From the IMG/VR virus record IMGVR_UViG_3300032212_000684, positions 1 to 39,852 of that record: a stretch of 39,852 nt of DNA; one strand, given 5' to 3'. Source of the stretch: a virus (lineage: Duplodnaviria; Caudoviricetes). Within the stretch, counting starts at the first letter, position 1, and the number at the start of each line of letters is the position of its first letter. Below are positions 1 through 10,135 of the stretch, one piece after another. A program made the position numbers and the translations under genes. The notes beneath the pieces are model-generated. The model did no database searches. It saw nothing but the letters and a program-made list of their open reading frames with translations, and was not told where the DNA came from.

Positions 1-357
1 TTAAAGCCTAACTCTAATACCAATGCTGTAATTGTGAGCAACATAACTAGCTTGGATTGCAATTACAGATTTTAAAAACCGCTCGCCCCATCTACGCGGC
101 AGCAAATACGATGTTTCCACAACAATGATGGAGCTTAAGAGAAAATAAGTATCAATAGCGCTTTTGCTAGGGTTTCTCCCCAACAAAATATTACCTTCAT
201 ACAGTCCGTTATCTTTTTGTGCAATATATCGCGTCTGCAGCCAATCGACACTCAGCAAAGATAAAGCGGTTGCATTTAATACATATCTTTTGTCTGCGTG
301 AGCATTTATAGTAAAACAGCACACAATAGCCAAAAATATAATACACCTTATTTTCAT
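1..357 (-). CDS. Hypothetical exported/membrane protein at the distal end of the tail operon
   Basis: Signal-peptide-like N-terminus (MKIRCIIFLAIVCCFTINAHA), hydrophobic helices, AT-rich. AGGA lies upstream of the ATG at 357; the ORF track starts at 378. Confidence 0.7.
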   Translation of the reverse strand: MKIRCIIFLAIVCCFTINAHADKRYVLNATALSLLSVDWLQTRYIAQKDNGLYEGNILLGRNPSKSAIDTYFLLSSIIVVETSYLLPRRWGERFLKSVIAIQASYVAHNYSIGIRVRL

Positions 358-398
358 AGCGCAAATCCTGATCATCAACAGCTTAATAGCTAACTTAC

Positions 399-1244
399 TT
401 ATTGTTTGGCTTCCAGCTTTTTAATTCTTTCGTTTAACAGGCTTATGTGTATGGCTTGCAACTCAACTGTTTCCCACAATCTCTGGGCCAATTCGCCTAC
501 GCTGAGGCCATTCTTTTTGAATTCTTCCCTGCTTGGCATGCTCGGCAGACTCTTTTCATTTGACCATCGTTCAATATACTTATCTAAATTCAATATCTCT
601 TTTTGATCTAATAAAGATTTTCCCTGTTTTAAATCTTCTTCTTTAATAGCTCCATCTATGTACAAATCAAAGACGTAATCTGTCAATAATGTATTATCAT
701 CATACACTGCAACAGCATTTACAGTACCCAAGCCTTTACTTGAACCGCCTGCCGCTCCCACTACTAAACCACCATCGTTAAAAACTTTAAGCGCTAATGC
801 AAGGTTTGCTGTAGCATCTTCAGCTCCGCTAGTAGCAACATAATAATTAAGAGCTCCACCGGCCAATTGTATATAAGATCCTGCCCCTGTCTTTGTGTAA
901 GCAGCACTCAAAGTTGCTTCGTCTACATAAAGATTATTCATTAAATAAAGAGCTGAATCTGCAGATACAAAACCACTTTGCCCTATCTCAAAAACAGAAC
1001 TGGCACCTCCATCGTACCAAGGTTTATTTGGCGCAAGTTGACCAAACCTGAGCTTGTAATTATCAAAATACCAGCTGCCTGTAACTGTTTCATCTGCATT
1101 GAGCTGAGCAGAAAAGCCTAATAATGAATCGATGTCATCAAACACAGCAGATATAACTTCATGCCAGTTATACGCACCAGCCTTGGCGACGGGCAAATCG
1201 AGATTTTCCGTATAATACTCAACAGTTTCTGGATCGAAAGCCAT
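399..1244 (-). CDS. Tail fibre/spike-like protein with C-terminal intramolecular chaperone (peptidase S74-like) domain
   Basis: C-terminal DYVF...LPSMPS..E...GLSVGEL..LWETVELQAIHI..L..RIKKLE pattern. Last structural gene of the tail operon. Confidence 0.7.
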   Translation of the reverse strand: MAFDPETVEYYTENLDLPVAKAGAYNWHEVISAVFDDIDSLLGFSAQLNADETVTGSWYFDNYKLRFGQLAPNKPWYDGGASSVFEIGQSGFVSADSALYLMNNLYVDEATLSAAYTKTGAGSYIQLAGGALNYYVATSGAEDATANLALALKVFNDGGLVVGAAGGSSKGLGTVNAVAVYDDNTLLTDYVFDLYIDGAIKEEDLKQGKSLLDQKEILNLDKYIERWSNEKSLPSMPSREEFKKNGLSVGELAQRLWETVELQAIHISLLNERIKKLEAKQ

Positions 1245-2074
1245 TATAAATCCTCTCGAAAATCAATTTTAAACGGACTATTACCTGGGCGGTCGGGCGT
1301 CATTTTGCGGCTTTTGAATTTACCATACAGACTCAAGTAAAGGCGCTGAGCACCGCTGCCAGGCCGCAGCTGCAAAATGCAGGATCGATGAAACCCGACT
1401 TTTAACAACTGCATCCACAATGTGTCACGCACCGCATCATCCACCCAATCCAGTGGAATGCTGACTTCCAAATGTGAAAGGTTAATATTGCCGTAATCCT
1501 GTTTGCTGGCTGACTCCTGCCAATCAGTATTGTCCACGGGTGTTACCGACCAGCCAAAACTCATGTTATGCAAAGGCTGCCAGGCGTTACCAATGAATAT
1601 ACGGCCTATTTGATAATAAGGCATTGCGGCATCAGCTAGGGTGATGCGCACGTAAGGCGCTGTTTGAATGTTTCCAGTGGGGATTACCAAAACCGGCGAC
1701 AAAAATTGCTCAGCCATGGGGCCACCATAGCCACCGGCGCCATACAAGCCTGAACCAAAACTGGATGCATAATCATACGCACCCATACTCACATCAAACA
1801 CCAGTGATGCCCCGTTAATGGCATCGCTCCAGCCCTGAACCTGTACCGTACCGGTCACTGACAAGTTGTGGTCTACCAGGGCAAGGTGGCTGTAAAAACT
1901 GCCATCCAGTTGCATATCAATGGTTACACTGCCATTGCTGTTACTGCGCCAAATCACCGAACGTTGCGCATGTTGCAAATTACTAATGGGTAAATTGGCT
2001 GCGGCATCCGATGTCACTAGGCTAACAGCCGCATCCAGCAGGTTATCAAACAACACCAGCATATTATCGCTCAT
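1244..2074 (-). CDS. Minor tail (tail-tip) protein
   Basis: Lies after the tape measure and hub genes. ATGA overlap with the upstream stop at 2071-2074. Gly/Tyr-rich YASSFGSGLYGAGGYGG patch. Confidence 0.65.
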   Translation of the reverse strand: MSDNMLVLFDNLLDAAVSLVTSDAAANLPISNLQHAQRSVIWRSNSNGSVTIDMQLDGSFYSHLALVDHNLSVTGTVQVQGWSDAINGASLVFDVSMGAYDYASSFGSGLYGAGGYGGPMAEQFLSPVLVIPTGNIQTAPYVRITLADAAMPYYQIGRIFIGNAWQPLHNMSFGWSVTPVDNTDWQESASKQDYGNINLSHLEVSIPLDWVDDAVRDTLWMQLLKVGFHRSCILQLRPGSGAQRLYLSLYGKFKSRKMTPDRPGNSPFKIDFREDL

Positions 2075-3558
2075 CGCCACAGCTCCAGGGTTTGCGTGGG
2101 TACTTTGCCACCAATGTTGTCAGTAATATCTAAAACAACCCAGTTGCCGTTAAAAAAACTGTCTGAATGTTCCAGCGCGATGGTGTTACCCAATTCAATT
2201 AAGGGGAGTTTCAAAGGTACTTCAACGGTTACTTTTATGCGCCTGACGCCCCACAACTCGAATATTTTTGTTGATAAATTACTGAATGATAAATAGGGAA
2301 TTGCATCAAAATACGTATCCAATACCAGTTCAACCGCATCCGGATAATTACTTTTAATGGTCGCGTCTTCGTAAACGGCCTGGCTTGATTCTTTGCGAAA
2401 CTTTTCCTGTTCACCAACGCTGAGTGATGCTGCTGGATTGGATAAAATCGTGTAGTTACGATTGTGAGAAATAACAACTCGCCAGATCCGCAAGTTATCT
2501 TCTGACCATTTGATGCTGAATATTTCCTGCTCAAAATAAGTTTGAATAGCTGTCACATCAGGTGCTGAATAGTTTAATGCCCTGAAATCACCGTTTCTGT
2601 CATATGACCACCAGGCAATTTTTGCGCGACAAATATTTGTGAATAAGGTCTTTAAATCCACCGTATCGGTTAAATAGAAACCAATACTAACGTTAAAACC
2701 CGTATCATTAATATCAATAGACTGCTGACCTGTGGGCAAACCAATATAGGTTTCAAGCAACAAGCCTAAAATTGATTCCGACGTTGCCACTAAATAACCA
2801 CCGGGGTGTTCTGCGCCGGTTACATCCGCCGTTACCTGCCCAGCTGGTGGGTTGGTCAAAGTGAACTCACCGCCTGCCAGATTTTTGGTAAACGTTACCG
2901 GTACACCGTTATCATAAACAGCGGTAATATCATTCAGTGCAAACTCGGCAATATCATGTACCTGATACACGCGTGTATCACTATCAACCACAAATGCGCT
3001 AATATTCCGCGTATAACCGAATGCCAACGGTTTGAAACGACCATCATTTTCTGGGGGAAAGCTGGCGGCTTCAAGGTCTTTATCAAATCGATTGATGGGT
3101 AGTTTAAAACCATCTGTATTTGATTGCTGTTCAGATGCCACATAACTCAACAAATTGGCGTTGCCGCTAACATCAGTAATTTCACCTGCGAACAAAACAA
3201 TAGCATCAGAATACGGATAAAGTTTTCGAGGAGCAGCCAAACGAATTTCAATTGTCGCACCGTGCAAGTCAAGGCTGCGTAAATCAGTACCGTCAGAAAC
3301 AATAAAACTACTGAGTTTTAATGTGCCGTAATTTTTAGCAGCGCGACCATGCACAAAATCCGGCACCGACCATTTCAACCTCGGCAAACCATTGGGCGCA
3401 ATAATGGCATCAAACAACACATTGCTCAGCGCATCACCGGATTCAGTCACATACGGTTTATCTGAAAAATAATAATTGCTGGCACCTTTGCTGATTTCCA
3501 CTAACACAATGCGTTCAGCCACCGGCTGGTTCATGTAATCGTTAAACGTCAACGCCAT
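2071..3558 (-). CDS. Tail tip/hub protein
   Basis: 495 aa, immediately after the tape measure gene. PLAFG..RNI and VYDNG motifs typical of siphophage tail-tip proteins. Confidence 0.65.
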   Translation of the reverse strand: MALTFNDYMNQPVAERIVLVEISKGASNYYFSDKPYVTESGDALSNVLFDAIIAPNGLPRLKWSVPDFVHGRAAKNYGTLKLSSFIVSDGTDLRSLDLHGATIEIRLAAPRKLYPYSDAIVLFAGEITDVSGNANLLSYVASEQQSNTDGFKLPINRFDKDLEAASFPPENDGRFKPLAFGYTRNISAFVVDSDTRVYQVHDIAEFALNDITAVYDNGVPVTFTKNLAGGEFTLTNPPAGQVTADVTGAEHPGGYLVATSESILGLLLETYIGLPTGQQSIDINDTGFNVSIGFYLTDTVDLKTLFTNICRAKIAWWSYDRNGDFRALNYSAPDVTAIQTYFEQEIFSIKWSEDNLRIWRVVISHNRNYTILSNPAASLSVGEQEKFRKESSQAVYEDATIKSNYPDAVELVLDTYFDAIPYLSFSNLSTKIFELWGVRRIKVTVEVPLKLPLIELGNTIALEHSDSFFNGNWVVLDITDNIGGKVPTQTLELWR

Positions 3559-6500
3559 CAGGAAGCACTCGCCACATTAATCTGGAACACTTCACCGTTT
3601 TGTGATCGCGCTTCGAGGGTATCAATGGTTTGTTCCGTGATCTGCTGGCCATCAGGCGTGACCACAGTGATGTTAATATCGCCGCCAAGCCGCTTTGCAA
3701 TGTCTTCAAGTTGATTTTTAGTCACATCATCCACACCTGCGGACGTGGTTTCAATGGCTTCGAGAATGGCTTTCAGATCTTCAGATAATCCCTTTACGGA
3801 TGCATCGATTGTTGTCAGCACTGTCAGTGACGCTTCTTCGAACCCTTGTGGGGTGAGCTCGTCAACCCGATCCTGGACATCACCGAGCGTGCCAATTATT
3901 TCATTGTAGATGGTTTGATAACCACTGCCTGATGCGAAAGAGGCGCGTGCATCGGCCAGTAAAGGATCGACCAACTGAGTTAACAAATTAGCAGAACTCG
4001 CCAATTCATAACCGTCGGAGGACAGGGCTTTAGCCGCGATGGAACGAAATTCAGACAGGCGATCAGATGTTCGCTCCGGCGTCGTCAATTGCGATCGACG
4101 CAAATCGGTTAATACATTGCTGATATTCAGGCTGGACTGTTGAAGCGTGGCGGCCAATTGCTTTTGTGCTTCGTACCAGCGCACAATTTCTTCGCGGGAT
4201 TGCCCTAGGATATCGATTTGATTGGATAAGGCATCGGCATACCCTTTTGTATTGGTTTCAAATGCTTTTAATAACTCATCTTTTGTCGTTGTGGCTAACT
4301 TTAAGTCCGCCTTCACCGCATTATCAATGGTGGTCAGAAAATCTCGAACCTGGGCAATGGTTTCCGGCACAAAGGTGGGTTCACCATAACTAAACGTGCC
4401 ATAGCGTTGTGCAAGATCAGAGTTATTGAAGTATTCAGGAAACGCGATAAGCGCATCTAGAGTTTTTTGATTGGGTGTTTCCGGACCAAGACTGTTATTG
4501 AATTTTTTGAGAATATCATCTGATTCCTTTTTTAAAGTTTCAAATGCAGCAATATCCTGAAAACTGTTAATTAACTGTGTTGGATCAACATCAACACTCG
4601 GCTGAGTCAGTCCCGAAACAGCCGCAATAACATCCGCTGGATTACGGTAATCTGGCAACCCGGCAATCCTGCGCATGGTTGCGGTTATAGATTCAGTTTC
4701 GTTCAACAGACTACTGTTCAAGTTGTCGATCTTTTGTTTCAGGTTATCCAGCAGATCAGATTCCGCCTGGTAACGAGACATCATTTTGTCAACCAAATTT
4801 TGCTCGGCCTGAGCTCTGGAAAGTATGTCATTGGTATCGGCAAGTTGTTTAAACGCAAATCTCACTTGAGTATCGGCGCGACGGATGTTCTCAATGGCTT
4901 CGCTGGATGCGCCGGATAACAAGCGAATATTCGATTCAATATCCGCGGTCAATTGCTCCATGATTTGCATCGCTGCGATGCGACGTCGCCGGGCTTCTTC
5001 TTCACGGCGTTCACGCTCTGCGCGATTGGACAAGTAACTTGAAACCGCAAAGCCACCAGCGAGTAGGCCTGCACCAATTAAGGGATTGATACCCGCGCCC
5101 GTTTGTGCAGTTGTCGTCCCCAAGCCCTGGGCAACTGCATCACCGGCACCTAATGACATACCGATCGGTATCAGAATTTTTCGGGCAGCAGCGGTTGCTG
5201 CAATGTCGGCCATGAGGCGGATGAACATATCCCTAACGTTTGCAAAAAAGTCCTCGAAACCGCTTTTCCCGTTTTTAAATACGTCGAAAAGTGTGTTCGA
5301 CATAATATTTCGCATATCATCACTGGTCGTTTCAATGATCTTCAAAGCTTCCTTCGACCAGGTGCGGACACTCTCAATCCCTTCAGTAATAGGAATACTG
5401 AGCGGGCCATTTTTAACCTGATTTTTTTGTGACTGGGTTTGCTGGTCAATGATTTCCAGCTGCTTTTCCATTTCCTTGTTTATACGTGCGTAACCGGCGG
5501 CAAAATCTTCAGCAGGACTGACCGAAAGCTTCAGCGCGTCGGATAAGGCTCTCACCGAAGCCACCTGGTCAGTACTGAATATTTCAGGAAAGTCCTGCAT
5601 GATATTGCCGACACTGTCCATGGTTTTAGCAAAAAAAGATACAACACCATTGAGTGTCGCATTCCATGCATTACGTACGGTAAAGGTCACGATTTCCACT
5701 GCTGCCGCCATTCGTCTCCAAGACTTCTGCATTAGGCTGACCGCTTCGATTTGTATCAGGGGTAATTCGCGAATAGTCTCTGTCAGACTTTTTGCGCCAC
5801 TGGTCAGCACATCCAGAAAGCCAGCGCGAATCGCCATTTCTTTTAACTCGAAGATAGCATTATGAAACCGATTAAATGCAGCCGTTGATCCATCTATGGC
5901 TGCAGGTAATCCACCAGCCACTGACTTGCGGAGCTCCTGAGCAAACTTTGGCAGAAAGTCTTCCGCGAGAATTTCACCACGTTGCAGCATTTCACCCAGT
6001 TGTGCGGTGGTCACGTTCATGGCTCTGGCGGCAATCTGAAACGCACCCGGTAAACGTTCACCGAGCTGTCCTCGTAGCTCTTCCGCAGACACTGTACCTT
6101 TGGACATCATCTGGCTAACGGCGAGCAGAGCGCCTTGATTTTGCTCGTTTGATAGACGCATCACGGCTGAAGCTTCCGCGACCGATAAGAATATGTCTCG
6201 GGTTGCTGCACCTTGCAACGCTGTCCCCTTGGAAGCGGCCGACAAATTTACATAGGATTTCGCATTTGAATCAAACTGAAAACCCAGCCGCTCTGCTTCA
6301 GCGCGCAAAAATGCAATTTCCTGTGCTGCCAGTTTTGAACTACCTGTGGCAGAGGTTAACCCGGCATCTAATCCTTCCATGGCAATACCCGCCTGGGCGA
6401 TATCCTGGGCAGTGCGGACTGAAATAAAAGTTGCCAGCAAACCTTTCAGTGAAAACAACTCTCGAATTAATCGGGCCGCACCACCACGCATACGCTGAAA

Positions 6501-6665
6501 AGCCGTTGTTGTACGATTAACTTTTTTTTCGGTTTTCTGTGCAGCATCACCGGTTTGATTAAAACCTTCCTTGAGTTTGTCCAGTTCTTTTTTCGACACT
6601 TGCACCGTGCCAACCAGACCAGAACCATCCGCTTTGAGTTTGAGGGTTAAGTTGAGCTCAGTCAT
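3558..6665 (-). CDS. Tail tape measure protein
   Basis: 1035 aa, helical and Ala-rich. Tape-measure domain motif (AVSQMMSKGTVSAEELRGQLGERLPGA). Follows the chaperone pair. Confidence 0.93.
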   Translation of the reverse strand: MTELNLTLKLKADGSGLVGTVQVSKKELDKLKEGFNQTGDAAQKTEKKVNRTTTAFQRMRGGAARLIRELFSLKGLLATFISVRTAQDIAQAGIAMEGLDAGLTSATGSSKLAAQEIAFLRAEAERLGFQFDSNAKSYVNLSAASKGTALQGAATRDIFLSVAEASAVMRLSNEQNQGALLAVSQMMSKGTVSAEELRGQLGERLPGAFQIAARAMNVTTAQLGEMLQRGEILAEDFLPKFAQELRKSVAGGLPAAIDGSTAAFNRFHNAIFELKEMAIRAGFLDVLTSGAKSLTETIRELPLIQIEAVSLMQKSWRRMAAAVEIVTFTVRNAWNATLNGVVSFFAKTMDSVGNIMQDFPEIFSTDQVASVRALSDALKLSVSPAEDFAAGYARINKEMEKQLEIIDQQTQSQKNQVKNGPLSIPITEGIESVRTWSKEALKIIETTSDDMRNIMSNTLFDVFKNGKSGFEDFFANVRDMFIRLMADIAATAAARKILIPIGMSLGAGDAVAQGLGTTTAQTGAGINPLIGAGLLAGGFAVSSYLSNRAERERREEEARRRRIAAMQIMEQLTADIESNIRLLSGASSEAIENIRRADTQVRFAFKQLADTNDILSRAQAEQNLVDKMMSRYQAESDLLDNLKQKIDNLNSSLLNETESITATMRRIAGLPDYRNPADVIAAVSGLTQPSVDVDPTQLINSFQDIAAFETLKKESDDILKKFNNSLGPETPNQKTLDALIAFPEYFNNSDLAQRYGTFSYGEPTFVPETIAQVRDFLTTIDNAVKADLKLATTTKDELLKAFETNTKGYADALSNQIDILGQSREEIVRWYEAQKQLAATLQQSSLNISNVLTDLRRSQLTTPERTSDRLSEFRSIAAKALSSDGYELASSANLLTQLVDPLLADARASFASGSGYQTIYNEIIGTLGDVQDRVDELTPQGFEEASLTVLTTIDASVKGLSEDLKAILEAIETTSAGVDDVTKNQLEDIAKRLGGDINITVVTPDGQQITEQTIDTLEARSQNGEVFQINVASAS

Positions 6666-7021
6666 TTTTCATTCAACACTTCGCGCGCAGCGGCTTCCAT
6701 GATCTTCATCCCTTGCCAGACTTCGGGAATAACGGGGACCTGACTGAATCGCAGATCGATTTCAATAGCCGTGTAATCCAACCCCAAATAACCACCAAGT
6801 GGAGCGATACGCCATTGATTGCAAACCTGTGACCAGAACTCAATTACCGGCCAGTTTTCCGGCCAAACATCGAAAAGCTCTGGCTTTTGGTTTTCAAATC
6901 GCGCCAGCAACTCCGGTGGTGCATTGAGCACAGTTAGTTGCTGGACAATTTTTTCGTTTTTCTTATGTTGTTTACCTTTAATACAGGCAGCCCAATGTCG
7001 GGCTGCCTCGACTAGTTTTTT
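6662..7021 (-). CDS. Tail assembly chaperone, frameshifted 'T' portion (DUF1799-like)
   Basis: VWPENWP..QWR...GLDY motif. No good independent start; reached by a -1 frameshift at 7015-7021. Confidence 0.8.
   Translation of the reverse strand, partial: KKLVEAARHWAACIKGKQHKKNEKIVQQLTVLNAPPELLARFENQKPELFDVWPENWPVIEFWSQVCNQWRIAPLGGYLGLDYTAIEIDLRFSQVPVIPEVWQGMKIMEAAAREVLNEK
6985..7021 (-). promoter_or_regulatory. Programmed -1 ribosomal frameshift signal (A AAA AAC plus 3' hairpin)
   Basis: Heptamer at 7021-7015, 6-nt spacer, perfect 9-bp stem AGGCAGCCC/GGGCTGCCT (7008-6985). The -1 frame reads KKLVEAARHW into the downstream ORF. Confidence 0.85.
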
Positions 7022-7344
7022 CTTGTAGCGTTTTTCCGAATCGTTGAGTTGATGTATTCGCTCACCGTTGCCGCTGCCGCACATGAGTCTTCTTTAATGA
7101 CTTGTACTGCTTGATCAGAAGGCAATTCATCTCCGTTTTCGTCACCGACTTCTCGGGCACCTAACAAGACTTCATCCAGAAACTTGCTGTCACCTTCCTG
7201 TTGAAGCTCTTCAATGCGCGATTCAGATAGCTGTTTGAATTCTGCTCTAAACTCACCTTTGGTATGCGCTTTTGGGTTGGATTCAGACGGTGTGTAAACA
7301 GTCACGGTACGGGTAAATGTGCGATTGGGATTAGCTTTAAACAT
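7012..7344 (-). CDS. Tail assembly chaperone 'G'
   Basis: 110 aa between tail tube and tape measure. SD AGGAG. Ends in AGA AAA AAC TAG, which contains the slippery site. Confidence 0.85.
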   Translation of the reverse strand: MFKANPNRTFTRTVTVYTPSESNPKAHTKGEFRAEFKQLSESRIEELQQEGDSKFLDEVLLGAREVGDENGDELPSDQAVQVIKEDSCAAAATVSEYINSTIRKNATRKN

Positions 7345-7368
7345 GTGTTAACTCCTGATTAATGGATA

Positions 7369-8313
7369 TTATTTGGTCGTGATCTTGAACGCATTACCAG
7401 TGAAACGCAGATCCATTTCCAGTGTGCGAATATCATCGATATTGCCATAACGCGGATTCAGAATTTGGATCGCGCTATCGTCAAGTTGCACGATTTCACC
7501 GCCATTGACACCGTGCTGAAAAGACAATGCGCCCAGCGTGTGCGCTTTGGCGATGGCGAAAAAGTTTTGATCTGAAATGGCCGGTGCCGCAATCACTATT
7601 TTGCCGGTAATATCGTATTTCGGAATACGTACCGATTCTTCACCGGGAATGTTAATAATCTGCGGTGAAATGCCTGAATTGATTTCAAGATCATACAATT
7701 TACACGGATAACCGTGCAGATTGATCGTTGGTGTATTATCGTTATCTACCGCTAACGGATCTTGAAATGCAGAAAAATCTGCTGTTGGAAATGGAACCGA
7801 GGCAGGCGCTACATAGAGCCCTTTACGGGTAAGTGAAACCATTGGAATGCCATCACGACCCACTTTAATTGCCCAACCGCCTCGACAGCCCAGCATTTTA
7901 TGTTCTTGTCCCGACAGATTGGCATAGCTGCTAACGCTGCTTAGCGCATCCTGGTTACTGAAATCAGATAATGTATATTCCACTTTTTCCTGTGTAGGTG
8001 TGGTATCAACAAACTCATCAAAGCCCGATGCCTGAATAGATACACCCCAACCCGGCGCGGTAATACCAGCGCCAGATGTCCCGTTGGCAGCCAGTTCAAC
8101 ATCAAAACTGGCTGAGACATGTACACTGGTCAGAATAGCCGGATCGCTGCCGCTGAATGGTTTATCCAGATTGCGTTCCACCAGATTGCCATCCAGCGGT
8201 GTGATATTTAAATTGCTGGTTAAAATCGCGTTAGCAAGACCGGTTGGGTTGCTGTCTTGAGCGTAGGGATTTTCCAGTTTTTCCAGGAGGATGGCGGTAT
8301 CTGCGCTTAACAT
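7369..8313 (-). CDS. Major tail tube protein
   Basis: 314 aa, beta-rich. Sits between the tail terminator and the chaperones. No sheath gene in the operon. Confidence 0.8.
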   Translation of the reverse strand: MLSADTAILLEKLENPYAQDSNPTGLANAILTSNLNITPLDGNLVERNLDKPFSGSDPAILTSVHVSASFDVELAANGTSGAGITAPGWGVSIQASGFDEFVDTTPTQEKVEYTLSDFSNQDALSSVSSYANLSGQEHKMLGCRGGWAIKVGRDGIPMVSLTRKGLYVAPASVPFPTADFSAFQDPLAVDNDNTPTINLHGYPCKLYDLEINSGISPQIINIPGEESVRIPKYDITGKIVIAAPAISDQNFFAIAKAHTLGALSFQHGVNGGEIVQLDDSAIQILNPRYGNIDDIRTLEMDLRFTGNAFKITTK

Positions 8314-8316
8314 GAT

Positions 8317-8511
8317 TTATTGCTCCTTGTCCGTGTTAACCTTTTTGGCAGGCACTTTTTTGGTGACCTTACCAGTCAGTTTTTGATCTTTTTTACGCAC
8401 ATTTACCGGTTCTCCGTTTGCGTGCCGAGCCCGGTTGCCGTCTTTATGCGGAAGGGTTTGGTGAGCCAATGTTTTCTTGCCCTGTTCATCAATAATATAT
8501 CCGGCCATCAT
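8317..8511 (-). CDS. Small basic hypothetical protein
   Basis: SD AAGGAG before the ATG at 8511. Fills the gap between terminator and tube genes. Confidence 0.65.
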   Translation of the reverse strand: MMAGYIIDEQGKKTLAHQTLPHKDGNRARHANGEPVNVRKKDQKLTGKVTKKVPAKKVNTDKEQ

Positions 8512-8518
8512 CGTCTCC

Positions 8519-8956
8519 TTAGACTTTTCGAATGTGAGTGCCTGTCTGGTAACTGTCTGCCCACCACACGGCACGATCGCGAATTAATGTTAATCGACCT
8601 GCGTTGAAGGTGATTGGCTTAAATCTACTGGCTGGTTTCCAGTTGAGTAACTGCGTCATCACCAGTTCACGTAACGTTTTGAGTTCATCATGGGCAGCTT
8701 TTCCCGTAGTGTCTTTCAGATTGCGAATCGCAAACAATATAGCGAACCGCATTGTACCCAGTTGTGAAACACCATTATCCAGGTTGTTACTTGAGGCTGA
8801 GTCACGCTCTGGCAACACGTAAGCAAGAGGCCCGTTTTGAAATCCGTTCATTAACGCTGATTCAATATCCACAACACCTTCGACTGTACGGAATTCGTCA
8901 ATGTTTGATTGGATGCGATCAATAATCGGATTCAAATCCAGCAGCTCAATAGCCAT
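8519..8956 (-). CDS. Tail terminator protein (Mu gp37-like)
   Basis: 145 aa with PLAYVLP, LLNWKP and G.L......VWW.D.Y motifs. Neck position. Confidence 0.75.
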   Translation of the reverse strand: MAIELLDLNPIIDRIQSNIDEFRTVEGVVDIESALMNGFQNGPLAYVLPERDSASSNNLDNGVSQLGTMRFAILFAIRNLKDTTGKAAHDELKTLRELVMTQLLNWKPASRFKPITFNAGRLTLIRDRAVWWADSYQTGTHIRKV

Positions 8957-9414
8957 TACAAATTCGCTTCCTCGACAACAAAATCGCGCATGATATTCAC
9001 AATTTCATCTTCGTCATCCGCTGATATGCCTAACACCGGTCGAGCCGGTATTTGTACCGCGTGATTGCGACCGGCTTTGCCGCCAAAGTGCATCAATGCG
9101 GCTTGTATGGCGTCGCTTCCTACTTCAACACTGTTGTGATCGAACACATGGGTATAGGAATCACGCAGGTTGCCATGATCCAATAATGGTCGAGCATCGT
9201 CACCACGTTTTACACGTGTTGATTCAGCCAGTGGTTGTAATGGATTGCCTTCAACATCCACACTTTGACGTATATTTTCCTGCGCGGAAAAAGCCAACAC
9301 CTGGCCAATCTCATCCATGGGATCCGATAAATCATCAGGTACTTTTTCAAGTTGCGAAAATACCTGAGCAACCGGTGAAAAGTCTGCATCAAGATCGAAC
9401 ACCAAGCCACTCAT
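8956..9414 (-). CDS. Virion morphogenesis / tail completion protein (Mu gpG-like)
   Basis: L.D.G.LR.S...VEVGS....AALMHFGG...IPARPVLGIS..D motif. Confidence 0.88.
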   Translation of the reverse strand: MSGLVFDLDADFSPVAQVFSQLEKVPDDLSDPMDEIGQVLAFSAQENIRQSVDVEGNPLQPLAESTRVKRGDDARPLLDHGNLRDSYTHVFDHNSVEVGSDAIQAALMHFGGKAGRNHAVQIPARPVLGISADDEDEIVNIMRDFVVEEANL

Positions 9415-9821
9415 CAGTAAGTATCCCAGTCAATTGACGAACTGGTTGCACTCACAGTCATTCGTCCAGCTGGTGCTTCACTTGGCACATTCACATCTCC
9501 CAGCTCTTCCTTACCATCACGCACGTCTTTCAAAAATGCGATCGCATCGCGATAACGTTTTTCCACCTGCTCAGTTGCGCGACCGTCATGTAAGAAGTAT
9601 CGAGTAATATCGCAGGCTTTCAGGTTGATGATTTCCGGTACCGGCGACAGCGGCACCGTGTATTGCTTTTTAACGCGCGCATTGATTTCAGCATCTGCCG
9701 CGGCAATAGCACGATCGAGCACGGCAGTATCAATCTTGCCAATACCGTCACGATCGGTTAACTGTTCCAGCTCCAGCTCACCAAAGCGATCGATCATGTC
9801 TGTTTTGTTGCAATACGGCAT
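9414..9821 (-). CDS. Head-tail adaptor (Mu gp36/J-like, DUF1320)
   Basis: MPYC...D...RFG..EL.QLTD...AI..A.AEI...Y.VPL...CDI.RY.L...RY.DAI.FL..V..G pattern. Confidence 0.9.
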   Translation of the reverse strand: MPYCNKTDMIDRFGELELEQLTDRDGIGKIDTAVLDRAIAAADAEINARVKKQYTVPLSPVPEIINLKACDITRYFLHDGRATEQVEKRYRDAIAFLKDVRDGKEELGDVNVPSEAPAGRMTVSATSSSIDWDTY

Positions 9822-10135
9822 TAATGATCACCTCGCTCACGCACACGTACGGTCTCGTTCCACTCGTTACTTTCACCATTCAGTGTGACTGTCACAGTAA
9901 TGTCGATTTCGTCACGCTCAACCAAATCGAGATCGCCGACTTTACCGCGGAATATGCCATTCGGCCCAACATAATCCATTGTCATCGGCCATACCTGGCC
10001 GGAAACCTCAGCGCCGCCCTTTTTAATGGTAAGCTGCACAGTTGCAGCACCATCAAGATAGACGTTGTTTTCATCATCGTGGAGATCATAAAGCTCCACG
10101 ATGTTGAGATTACGAAGAAACCAAAGGCTGGTCAT
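9821..10135 (-). CDS. Hypothetical virion protein (Ig-like beta sandwich?)
   Basis: 104 aa, beta-rich. Coupled start/stop with its neighbours. Confidence 0.6.
   Translation of the reverse strand: MTSLWFLRNLNIVELYDLHDDENNVYLDGAATVQLTIKKGGAEVSGQVWPMTMDYVGPNGIFRGKVGDLDLVERDEIDITVTVTLNGESNEWNETVRVRERGDH

Noticed and set aside
1-400. Left prophage end
   Set aside because: The window starts at a stop codon within phage-like genes, and no TG terminus or end repeats are visible.
7369-8313. Contractile tail sheath as in Mu
   Set aside because: Size, motifs and the absence of baseplate wedge genes fit a siphovirus tail tube.
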